From a virus: a DNA stretch of 64,000 nt. Every line of letters starts with the position of its first letter. Within the stretch, counting starts at the first letter, position 1. Where the stretch lies: positions 5,021-69,020 of IMG/VR virus record IMGVR_UViG_3300020417_001379; one strand, written 5' to 3'. Below the pieces are notes generated by a model. The model saw only the letters and a program-made list of their open reading frames with translations, had not been told where the DNA came from and did not search any database. A program made the translations under genes and the position numbers. Below, piece after piece: positions 48,095-57,600 of the stretch.

Positions 48095-48859
48095 ATGAAT
48101 ACTGTATTACTGAACATATGCCTGCTGATAGACGCCCTCTCTGCGGATGCCGTAGAGAAGGTCAAGGAGACTTCCAGAAGTCTCCGAAAGGAGGGATTCA
48201 AAATCCCTTCAATGAACCACAAAGTCTTGGTTCTACATGGAAGCGCTCCATTCCGCTCATTGAGCGAAATGGTGTCGCCTGCTTGGATTCGTGCTTCATT
48301 TATGAAGCACAACGCCATTGAATGGGTCTCAGCAATGAGAACCCGATGTTCATGTGGAGCATGGTTCGCTAAGGGTGAAGTTATCTGCCGTTCCTGCAAT
48401 GGCCGATTATGGAACACCGGAGAAGGACAGTCATTGAGAGATGGCGAGTCTAAGGCTTACGAACAGGGAATCAAGGGTGGTATATCCTGCCTTCGATTAA
48501 TCCCATTCGTAAGAGCAAATTGGGGCGTTCTCGATTGGAGAGACGCACGATTCGGAATTACCCAACCACGACTTAGGAAGGGCAACCTTCGCAATGGGTC
48601 GAATGCTAAGGTGTGGATGATGCCTCTCGGTCGCTCTGCTCACAAAGTAGCATGGGCACTTGAGAGACTCGGACAAACTGAGGAAGCCAAGACATATCGA
48701 GCAATGTCGAGAGATGCTCAAGTATGGCGAGAAGTGGTCTTCGTTGATGCTGTCCATTCATGGAACAATGACGAATTGATTGACTTCGCTGTTGATGTTG
48801 CATTCATTCCTCAATTAGAGGAAGCAGGTCTTCGATACCGAAGGCAACCAATAGCCTAA
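48095..48859 (+). CDS. hypothetical protein with Zn ligands (254 aa)
   Basis: GAGGTGA SD; CSC...CRSC; follows the right boundary repeat cluster. Confidence 0.65.
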   Translation: MNTVLLNICLLIDALSADAVEKVKETSRSLRKEGFKIPSMNHKVLVLHGSAPFRSLSEMVSPAWIRASFMKHNAIEWVSAMRTRCSCGAWFAKGEVICRSCNGRLWNTGEGQSLRDGESKAYEQGIKGGISCLRLIPFVRANWGVLDWRDARFGITQPRLRKGNLRNGSNAKVWMMPLGRSAHKVAWALERLGQTEEAKTYRAMSRDAQVWREVVFVDAVHSWNNDELIDFAVDVAFIPQLEEAGLRYRRQPIA

Positions 48860-49052
48860 GATTGACGCAACCACCTCAGCAAGTGGCTAAACTGCTGAAT
48901 ATCTCAATCCGTATCCATTAGAGAGCGATAGAGCGCCCCTAATGGCCTCAGAGGATGCGACCTACCACCGCAGGGCTTCGCCATTAATTTGACCCCTCCA
49001 TTTGACCCTTATGGTTAGCACCACGAGAAATTTTTAAAAATTTTTTTCAAAA

Positions 49053-49421
49053 TTATTTTATAAACTTGCCTCTATACCCAACCGACTTTTTATAGAAGGC
49101 TACCCTTTGGCCGTTATGCGTATCTTTTTTGCGCAGTATCGTTTGGTCGGCAATCATGGGTCTTACAATTTGCCCAAGAACGGAAGGTGTAATCTGCTTC
49201 CATGTTTTGGGAATGCCCTTCGATGCTTCCCAAGCAAATTCTTCACTCGTGCGCCATTCATTTAGGAAGTCGCTCTTTATCACATTCTCTATGTGTATTT
49301 GGTAGGTCTGTCTCTTGGGAAGTGGGCCATGCGCTCTTACGGAGCGGTCTTGCCGATTGAATTTTACTCCCGTTATCTTGCTGTGCGTCCTTCTTCTATT
49401 CTTTGGTTTTTTGCCCGCCAT
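49053..49421 (-). CDS. basic putative winged-helix protein
   Basis: WRTSEEFA...TPSVLGQIV; downstream of terminase. Confidence 0.5.
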   Translation of the reverse strand: MAGKKPKNRRRTHSKITGVKFNRQDRSVRAHGPLPKRQTYQIHIENVIKSDFLNEWRTSEEFAWEASKGIPKTWKQITPSVLGQIVRPMIADQTILRKKDTHNGQRVAFYKKSVGYRGKFIK

Positions 49422-49422
49422 A

Positions 49423-50922
49423 TTATCTTCTCCTTCTCATAACTTTACCGCCAAAACTTGTTGGCGACCTATTGATTCTTCTTTGTCCGCCCGTCCATTC
49501 TCCTTTCCGCATTGTTTTGAAAACGGAAGGCATTTCCGGTGTCCTATATGTAAATTGGTCTAATGCGTGTGCTAAGGCCATAGCACAATCGTTGTGCCTA
49601 CCCAAATCTATGATTTCGCCGTCTCTCCAAGCATGACTGTTTAACTCTTCAAGCAGTATATTGACTTGTCTGCGAGTAGCGTCATCTCCATACGGGAATA
49701 TTATCATCTCACGCTCAAACCACACTCTCATACGGTTCATCAAGCCTTGCTTCAAGGTCTTGTTGCTTACCTTGCTTTCTCGGTAGTCAATCATAGCGCC
49801 CTTTTGTGATAACAGACTTTCATACATCTGTTGGAAGCCTACTGCCTCAACCGCAAACGCAGGTGTGCCGTATCTTTTACTCCACTCTATCATCATGTCC
49901 GCTTGCCTGTCCGGTGCGAAGTCATTTCTTCTCCATATATTTACAAGGTGAATAAAACCGTCAGAATCTTGCTTTAGGCAAATCATAACGGAATAGTCCT
50001 TACCGAGACCATGCGCAGGGTCAAAGCCAATTGCGTATTTACAATCGTCCTGCTTTTCCTGCCCTAATGTAACATCTAAATCTAATTGCTTGTGTGTTAA
50101 AGAGCGAGGATATACCGAAGCCTCATCGTCTATAACCTTACACATATACTCTTGGATAAATGATAACTCACCCATAGCCTCTTTTTGCTCAAGTAAGAAT
50201 TCAACAGGTCTAAACTCCGGCCATAATTCGATAGCCTTTACATTTTCGGGGTCAGCCTTGTATTCATCCCAATTCTTTACAGCAGACCATGTGCCGCTTT
50301 TCCAAGTATCGTTATCTAACATCTCTGTGTGGTATAGGTCAGTCATAGACATGGGCGTGCCCACACAGTAAATCGAAGTGCCCGGACTCAGCATAGGCGT
50401 AACTTTCTTTCTGAACCATTGCCTTATCCCCTCAAAATTTTGGTCGCCTGTATCATCCAATACATCATCAAAGGCAATACAAGCGGGGTGTTCTCCGCGT
50501 ATAGCCGAACCAACCGATGTAGCACGAATCCATGCACCATTAGTAAATCGTAATTCAAGTTTATTCCCTCTGCGTGTATCTAAGTATCTACTTAACTGCG
50601 GGTGTCTTTTCATATCTTCCCTTATTTCCTCAAGTCTTCTTACAGCCAAGTCTTTGCTTGCGGAAAACAGCCAACAAGTAAAGGGCTTGTCCCGCCACTT
50701 CTCAAACAAAGCGCTGTGTAATAATTTAACCCTTAAAGTAGTGGATTTACTGTGGTCTCGTGGTGCAATAACGCAGACTCTATGAACCTGCACATCACCC
50801 CGCTCTCCATACATATCCATCCATTCGCCAATGTGGTCGCCCCAAGTATAACCAAGCCACTTGTAAAAGTATTCTACATCATCACGAGAACGAGCCATAG
50901 CAAAGTCTGTGTTGAATTTCAT
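49423..50922 (-). CDS. terL: terminase large subunit
   Basis: APRDHSKST Walker A, IRG...IAFDD Walker B, VGTP, GFDPA...DYS, HND nuclease motifs. Confidence 0.95.
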   Translation of the reverse strand: MKFNTDFAMARSRDDVEYFYKWLGYTWGDHIGEWMDMYGERGDVQVHRVCVIAPRDHSKSTTLRVKLLHSALFEKWRDKPFTCWLFSASKDLAVRRLEEIREDMKRHPQLSRYLDTRRGNKLELRFTNGAWIRATSVGSAIRGEHPACIAFDDVLDDTGDQNFEGIRQWFRKKVTPMLSPGTSIYCVGTPMSMTDLYHTEMLDNDTWKSGTWSAVKNWDEYKADPENVKAIELWPEFRPVEFLLEQKEAMGELSFIQEYMCKVIDDEASVYPRSLTHKQLDLDVTLGQEKQDDCKYAIGFDPAHGLGKDYSVMICLKQDSDGFIHLVNIWRRNDFAPDRQADMMIEWSKRYGTPAFAVEAVGFQQMYESLLSQKGAMIDYRESKVSNKTLKQGLMNRMRVWFEREMIIFPYGDDATRRQVNILLEELNSHAWRDGEIIDLGRHNDCAMALAHALDQFTYRTPEMPSVFKTMRKGEWTGGQRRINRSPTSFGGKVMRRRR

Positions 50923-51044
50923 TACATCGGCCTCAATTTTTTCTGATTACAATACGGACAGATACCTGCTTCTGCTTTAGATTTCATCATGCGGTTGGCT
51001 TTCCACCCGCAACCATCACATTCAGCAGATACCCATTCAACCAT
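50922..51044 (-). CDS. small Zn-ribbon protein (40 aa)
   Basis: CDGC...CPYC; bridges phosphoesterase and terL with overlapping stop/start. Confidence 0.6.
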   Translation of the reverse strand: MVEWVSAECDGCGWKANRMMKSKAEAGICPYCNQKKLRPM

Positions 51045-52497
51045 GTCTTACCACCGGACAGAAGAGATGGCCTATAACGCCTTGCTCCTTATCTATTATA
51101 TGCGCGCTCATGCCCGCCTTATTCATTGTATAACCCTTTTTGTAATGGTATCTATCGTGGCCTGCAAGACTTGGTAACTGCATAATCAAAGCACCGTTCA
51201 TTTCAGTAGTCTTCATGTGGTGCAAGTGCCCATGAAACCAAGTGTGGTTCTCCAAGTCTCCCCAAGCCTGCCTTTCTTCGGTAGCCATGAGAGCAGGAAG
51301 GTCATTACCCTTCACACCATCTCCATGTGTAAAACCTAAGAGGTTGTTACCGTAGTGTAGGTATTGACGAGTCTTAGGGTCGCATACAACCTGCACTTCG
51401 TCAGTATCCTCATACACCGCGTCAAGATACATCATAAGAGCCAAAGCACTATGCCTATCGTGATTACCGCGCATGAATACTACCTCTACCGGACACACAG
51501 CCCTAAGCATATCAATATGTTCTCTTGCTAACTTACAGCCTTCCATTAGAATCTGAGCGGGACTGCCCGCCATATCCTGTGGTGTGCCTTTTGTCGTTCC
51601 GCCGTTTTCGTTATCTATGTGAAACCAATCAGAACCCGTAGCAACAATAATCTTTTCCGGCCTACCCGCAAATCTACTGATTAGATTAGCGGTAGAAGAA
51701 AGAAGGCGCTCACGAGCAATCTCTAAAGAATACTCTTCGCCTACTTCGTCCTTCCATCCATGCTTACCGTAGTGCAAGTCTGTTGGAGACATAACTACTG
51801 CGTAAGGTGCATCTGATTTCTCAATCTTGTATGGTTTTACTTTAGTAGCCTTTTGTCCGATTAAAGACTTGAATTCGTTAGCCCAAGTCTCTTGTAGTAG
51901 TCTGTAATTATCAGCATCCTTCTCTATGCTTGCCCAATATTTCTTAGCGGACTTTTCTAATATCTTGTTACGCTTGATATTGACGCTTTCTTCTACTAAA
52001 TCATCTATTGTGCGACTTTGTATTTCTTCATCGGTATAAATATCCATACCGTGAGTCCAACCGCACATCTTTACATAATTACTAAGGAATGATGTAGGTA
52101 ACTTGAATTTTCTACTCATCTGTTCGATAGTATCTCCTTCGCCATCGTCAGAGTAGGATTTCTTCATTTGCCTGTGCATTTCTCCGTCTATTTTTACTAT
52201 ACCTGTATTATCCAAGTTAGCAGTCAAATAAACATCGTTCTTTTCATCGTAATACATTGTAGTATGCCTATCTACCGGCGATATACTATCATAGTCTTCT
52301 TTCTTCAATAAATCCTTTACCGTAGAGTCTTGCATCTTAGCCCAACGATATGTCCTTGTTCTCCAAGCCTCTACACTACATCTCGGCTCTAACTTGTGCA
52401 GATACCGCGCCAATTCTCTTATGTTCGCCCATGACCTCTCATTCACCGCTTTTTCGATTAAATCATAGCCGCCAACGAAGTTTTCTTTCGTCCCCAT
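51037..52497 (-). CDS. calcineurin-like metallophosphoesterase with N-terminal HTH region
   Basis: DLHYG, GSDWFH, GNHD, HGD, GHLHH. Confidence 0.85.
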   Translation of the reverse strand: MGTKENFVGGYDLIEKAVNERSWANIRELARYLHKLEPRCSVEAWRTRTYRWAKMQDSTVKDLLKKEDYDSISPVDRHTTMYYDEKNDVYLTANLDNTGIVKIDGEMHRQMKKSYSDDGEGDTIEQMSRKFKLPTSFLSNYVKMCGWTHGMDIYTDEEIQSRTIDDLVEESVNIKRNKILEKSAKKYWASIEKDADNYRLLQETWANEFKSLIGQKATKVKPYKIEKSDAPYAVVMSPTDLHYGKHGWKDEVGEEYSLEIARERLLSSTANLISRFAGRPEKIIVATGSDWFHIDNENGGTTKGTPQDMAGSPAQILMEGCKLAREHIDMLRAVCPVEVVFMRGNHDRHSALALMMYLDAVYEDTDEVQVVCDPKTRQYLHYGNNLLGFTHGDGVKGNDLPALMATEERQAWGDLENHTWFHGHLHHMKTTEMNGALIMQLPSLAGHDRYHYKKGYTMNKAGMSAHIIDKEQGVIGHLFCPVVRHG

Positions 52498-52520
52498 GAA
52501 CACCCGTATGTGCAAGATAC

Positions 52521-52767
52521 TAATAAATATTCGTTTGTATTTAATTAGTTTGATTCATTTTGTTATCCGTAGAAGAAAATACAGGCTCGCAGTATAACGG
52601 TTTTTTATTTTCTTCAATTTCTTCAATGGTATGGGTAGGGGTTGCCCTGTTTTCATCTCTCACACATCTTTGAAAAAATTAAAAAAAATGAAAAAATATG
52701 TTCAGTATGGCGATTAATTTCTTCTGAAAGTCGAAAAAAACGCGAAAAGAATAAACGAATACTTATA
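52521..52767. promoter_or_regulatory. divergent promoters (CGAATATTTATT on -, CGAATACTTATA on +) flanking an AT-rich element
   Basis: Matching motifs upstream of the phosphoesterase/terL and portal operons. Confidence 0.55.
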
Positions 52768-52791
52768 AGATACCTGTTGCGTAGGATTGCT

Positions 52792-54177
52792 ATGGCCGAG
52801 AGAACACTATTGGATAGACTTCTTGGAAGAAATGTGCAAGCGGCTGTTCCAAAGAGAATTCCAACAAATGAAACCTTCAAAGCGGTAGCGGGTATTCCCG
52901 ATATTGTAAGAGATACTGAAAAATTAAATAAAGACAGTAATTATGATAACGAATTCGATATGTATGACCTCATGTTGAAACTTGACCCCGAATTGAACGG
53001 GGCTGTGCGCGCCGTATCTTTAACCGCTAACAATTTTGAGATACATTATGATAAAGCGAAAAATGCAAAGATAAGAAATGCTGTGCGCGAGTTAGTAGAA
53101 GATACTCTCGACTTTGACGACATTATGATTAACGCCATGCGCAACCTAATGGTCTATGGTAATGATATTAACAAGATAGTAGGAAAGCAAGGACAGGGTA
53201 TCTTAGAATTGCAGAATCTACCTGTTGCACAGGTCAATATTGTAGATGAGAGAGGTGGCTTGGGGTCATATTTCGTAGCGTCAAAAGAAAACCCCATCAT
53301 TAGACCCGTAACATATATGCTTAGGGAAGCATCAACATACGAAAAGGCAATCTCGGCTAAAGAGATTTTACACTTTAAGGTTGATTACCGAAGTAATTGG
53401 TTTGTAGATAACAAAGGTCGAAGCACTTACGGCGTTTGGGGCGCATCTCGATTCTCTGCTCTAAAGCAAGCAATACGCATGAAGTATAACAGTATGAATA
53501 ATCGTATCAGTCTTGAAGACTCGATGACTAAGCAATTTATCACTATTGATAAATCCGCCATCGAGCATATTCAAGACCCTGCGGAGCAGTATGATAGATT
53601 GAATACTATTATGAATGATGTTATCTCTTTGTTTGAGGGACTACGCGGAGACCAAATACCTGTTCTACCCCACTATGTAGAATTACACCATGTTAATTTG
53701 GAAAACTCTCTACCAAACAGTAGCGACTTCTTAGATTCTATCAACGGAGATATTGCCGCCGTTCTACAAGTGCCGAGAGTAGCCGCAGGTCAAGAGCGAG
53801 GTTCAACATTTGCGGCCACATACAACGCAAACCTATGGGCGGTTCAAGCAATTTCTCGTATGCACAAAATATTAGAGCAGGCTTGTGCCGATTTGTTTTC
53901 GATGCACTTAAATTTAATCGGTATAGAACACAGAAAACAAGACCTACCAAGAATCAGATTCGATACTATGGATAGCGAAACACCTCTCAATGTTATGCAG
54001 AGAGCGGTCATGGGTTACGAGTCGGGAATACTAACTTTGAACCAATCATTAGACATTCTAAATATGCCTAAAGCAAAGGACGGAGACGAAAGAAAGGACT
54101 TATCTCCGGTAGCACCACAAGTCGGAGAATTACCTCGTGAAAATTCCCAAGAGGGAAAGAAAGAAGGGGATAATTGA
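52792..54177 (+). CDS. portal protein
   Basis: YDLM..LDPELNGAV, MVYGN, EILHFK, YGVWG.S, IAAVLQVP, GILTLNQ. Confidence 0.85.
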   Translation: MAERTLLDRLLGRNVQAAVPKRIPTNETFKAVAGIPDIVRDTEKLNKDSNYDNEFDMYDLMLKLDPELNGAVRAVSLTANNFEIHYDKAKNAKIRNAVRELVEDTLDFDDIMINAMRNLMVYGNDINKIVGKQGQGILELQNLPVAQVNIVDERGGLGSYFVASKENPIIRPVTYMLREASTYEKAISAKEILHFKVDYRSNWFVDNKGRSTYGVWGASRFSALKQAIRMKYNSMNNRISLEDSMTKQFITIDKSAIEHIQDPAEQYDRLNTIMNDVISLFEGLRGDQIPVLPHYVELHHVNLENSLPNSSDFLDSINGDIAAVLQVPRVAAGQERGSTFAATYNANLWAVQAISRMHKILEQACADLFSMHLNLIGIEHRKQDLPRIRFDTMDSETPLNVMQRAVMGYESGILTLNQSLDILNMPKAKDGDERKDLSPVAPQVGELPRENSQEGKKEGDN

Positions 54178-54203
54178 TAAATCAATAACTTACTTAGGAG
54201 TCC

Positions 54204-54638
54204 ATGCGTAAGCCTGCCCCTAACGATATGCTCATGCTTGTCTTCGGTTTTGCCGTTGTTTTATCATGGGTAGTTATAGCCTCATCAGCGTCCTACTTTA
54301 GTCTTGTAGAGAAGCAAGACATTACAGATTCCCAATTGACTGTTATAGGTCTTTTGGGTGGCCCTGCACTACTAATTATAACTTCCGTTCTTGATTTATT
54401 CAAGGGCAAAGAAAGTGCAAAAATTAACATTCTACCCGATGAGTTAGCATCAGAGGTAGAGGCAACAGAGGCACATAAAAACCACACAAGGACAATGCAA
54501 GGTTTGAGAATCAAGCACGAATTGGAAATGGAAGCATTGCGTCAGAAACACGACCTAAAGATGGATGAGTATTTGACTACTAACGGCAAAGTGGGAGACA
54601 AGTTAAGAAACATTGTGCCGAAGAGTAAGAAAGACTAA
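54204..54638 (+). CDS. two-TM membrane protein (holin-like?)
   Basis: Two hydrophobic helices then a charged tail. Confidence 0.55.
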   Translation: MRKPAPNDMLMLVFGFAVVLSWVVIASSASYFSLVEKQDITDSQLTVIGLLGGPALLIITSVLDLFKGKESAKINILPDELASEVEATEAHKNHTRTMQGLRIKHELEMEALRQKHDLKMDEYLTTNGKVGDKLRNIVPKSKKD

Positions 54639-54656
54639 ATCATCTGAGGGAGAAAA

Positions 54657-57600
54657 ATGCCGAGAAACCGTCCGCACCAAAATATTATAGGCACTATACA
54701 TATTACTGATGCGGCAGAGGCGGCTATTGCGGCTCAAGCAAGTGTTACTGCTGAACAGGTAGAAGACTATGTAGGTGGTATGCTTGGTGGGACACAAACT
54801 TTTATTAGTGTATCGTATGATGATGTTAATGGTAATTTAGAGTATATCGTTCCCGTCAAAGACGAAGACAATATGGCTTCTAATTCGGCGACACATCTTG
54901 CTACCCAACAATCAATCAAGGTTTATGTAGATACCGAATTGGCTAATTTGGTTGATTCTTCACCTGCCGCACTAAACACCCTAAACGAGTTAGCGGCGGC
55001 ACTTGGAGATGATGCAAACTTTTCTACCACTATGACTACTGCTCTTGGTAACAGACTAAGAGTAGATACGGCCTCACAAGGTTTAAGCACTACACAACAA
55101 GCCAACGCTATTGATAACTTAGGTATAACAGCAAGCAAGGCTGAAATAAATATTCTTGACGGTGGTTTATCAGCAAGTGATATTCCAAACATTGGTGCAA
55201 GTAAGATTACAAGCGGAACATTCGCAACAGCAAGAATAGCAGATGACGCAATAACAGCCGCAAAATTAAATGTTACAGGTAACGGCACATCTTCACAATT
55301 CCTACGCTCTGATGGTGATGGTTCTTTTACATGGGCTGTTCCCGTAGATACTACTTACTCAGTAGGTGATGGTGGCTTAACACAAAGAAACTTTACTTCT
55401 ACGCTAAAAGATAAATTAGATAGCGTAGCCATGAACGCTAACAATTATTCTATTTCGTCTGATTTACTCGATGAAGATAATATGGCTTCTAATAGTGCAA
55501 CAAAGGTAGCGAGCCAACAATCTATCAAAGCGTATGTAGATGCAGAAGTAGCCGGTCTCGTAGATTCCGCCCCTTCTGCTCTTAATACATTAAATGAGTT
55601 AGCGGCGGCTTTGGGTGATGACGCTTCGTTCTCTACAACAGTCTCTAATAATATAGGCACTAAACTTGCTAAGTCAAGCAACCTATCGGACTTAACTAAT
55701 GTAGGAACAGCAAGGACTAACTTGGGTTTGGGTAGTGCCGCTACAAAGGACACAGGTTCAGTAGCAGATGGTAACGCAGGATTGGTTACGGGTGATGCAG
55801 TCTATGATTATATCGCCGCTCAAAACTTTACTACTGCGGGTTCATCTAACTTTGTTATAGGCGACATTACAGGGCAGACTGCTTTAACAAGCGGTCTTGC
55901 TTCTACTGATGAATTGGTGTTAAGTGATGCAGGCGCATTGAAGAGAATGGATATTAGCGTCCTACAATCTTATATGCAAAGTAACCTAACCTTCACAACA
56001 AATACGCAATTGAACCTAATTGATGAAGACGACATGGCTACGAATTCGGCTACAAGGCCACCAAGCCAACAGTCGGTTAAGGCTTATGTTGATGCTGAGG
56101 TTGCAGGGATAGTAGATTCAGCGCCTACTGCATTAAACACACTTAACGAATTGGCGGCGGCATTAGGAGACGATGCTAACTACGCCGCTACGACTACTAC
56201 TGCGTTAGGTCAAAAATTAGTAAAGACAAGTAACTTGTCTGATTTGGCTAACGCAGGAACAGCAAGAAGTAACTTAGGTTTAGGGGCGGCGGCAGTAAAG
56301 GCAGTCGCTACTGATGGTGCGGGTGGAGTAGCAAACGGAGAAAGCGGTTTAGTTACAGGTAACGCAGTCTTTGATTACTTCGCCGCTAATGTCCCAAGCC
56401 TTGCGGGGGCGGCGGACGGTTCAGCAGGCTCACCGTCATTCTCTTTCGCTAATGATACTAACACAGGTATGTATTTGGCGGCATCTGATAAAATAGGGTT
56501 TTCAGTAGGCGCAACAGAAGTATTTACATTATCTTCCGGCGGCATCAATGTTGAAAATAACTACAAATTAGGTATATCAGACGGTGGAGCGTCTAACCCA
56601 ACCTTAAGATTCAAAGACGATACAGACACAGGTATGTATAGACCCTCCGCAAATAAAATGGGCTTTGTAACAGGCGGGACTGAGAGACTTAACATACAAT
56701 CTGATGGTGCGGTTGATTTCATAAATTCAAAGATAAAAATTGGTGGTTCGTATGGTAGTGATGGGCAGGTGCTTACTTCTACCGGAAGCGGGGTCGCTTG
56801 GGAGGCGGCTACACCGGCCACTACCTTTACTCTAACTGCTGATTCCGGCAGTAACCAAACTATTAGTAACGGTAACACTTTAGATATAGCAGGTGGAACA
56901 GGATTAACTTCTGTTGTTGGTGCTACCGACACAGTAACAATCAATCACGATTCTCACACAGGAGAAGTTACAGGTTCTACTGCTTTAACAATAACAGACA
57001 ATGTGGTTGATGAAGCAAACTTAAAGGTATCTAACAACCCTGTTGATGGTTATATATTAACCGCAAGAAGCGGTAACACAGGCGGAATGACTTGGGAAGC
57101 GGCGGCTTCGGCAGGCGCTACCGCTATTGGTGGTTTATCTGATGCTATTACAACCGCTACATCAAATGTTGGATTAGGTAGCGGTGCTTTAGATTCCTTA
57201 ACTGCATCGAGTGGTAACTACAATGTAGCATTAGGTATTAATGCAGGAACGGCAGTAACAACCGGAGATAACAATGTCGCTATTGGTTTTGATGCTTTGA
57301 AAACAGCAACCACGCAAAGCGAAGCAACAGCCGTTGGATACAAAGCGGCAGAAGATTTGGCGGGTGGTGTTTTCGGTAGCACATTTATTGGTGTTAGAGC
57401 CGGAAGCAATGTAACAACCGGATGGGGTAACACAGGTTTAGGACATGATGCTCTAAACTCGGAAAACGGCGCAGGAACAGGCTCGTCAAATGTTGCAGTA
57501 GGTTATCAAGCCATGCGTGGAGCAACAAGTAGCACCGCAATAAGTGGTTCTCAAAATGTTGCAGTAGGTGGTAACGCAATGGAAGACCTTACAAGCGGTG

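Noticed and set aside
52642-52791. N-terminal extension of portal in the ORF track
   Set aside because: Runs through the AT-rich promoter region; ATG at 52792 follows the TATA box
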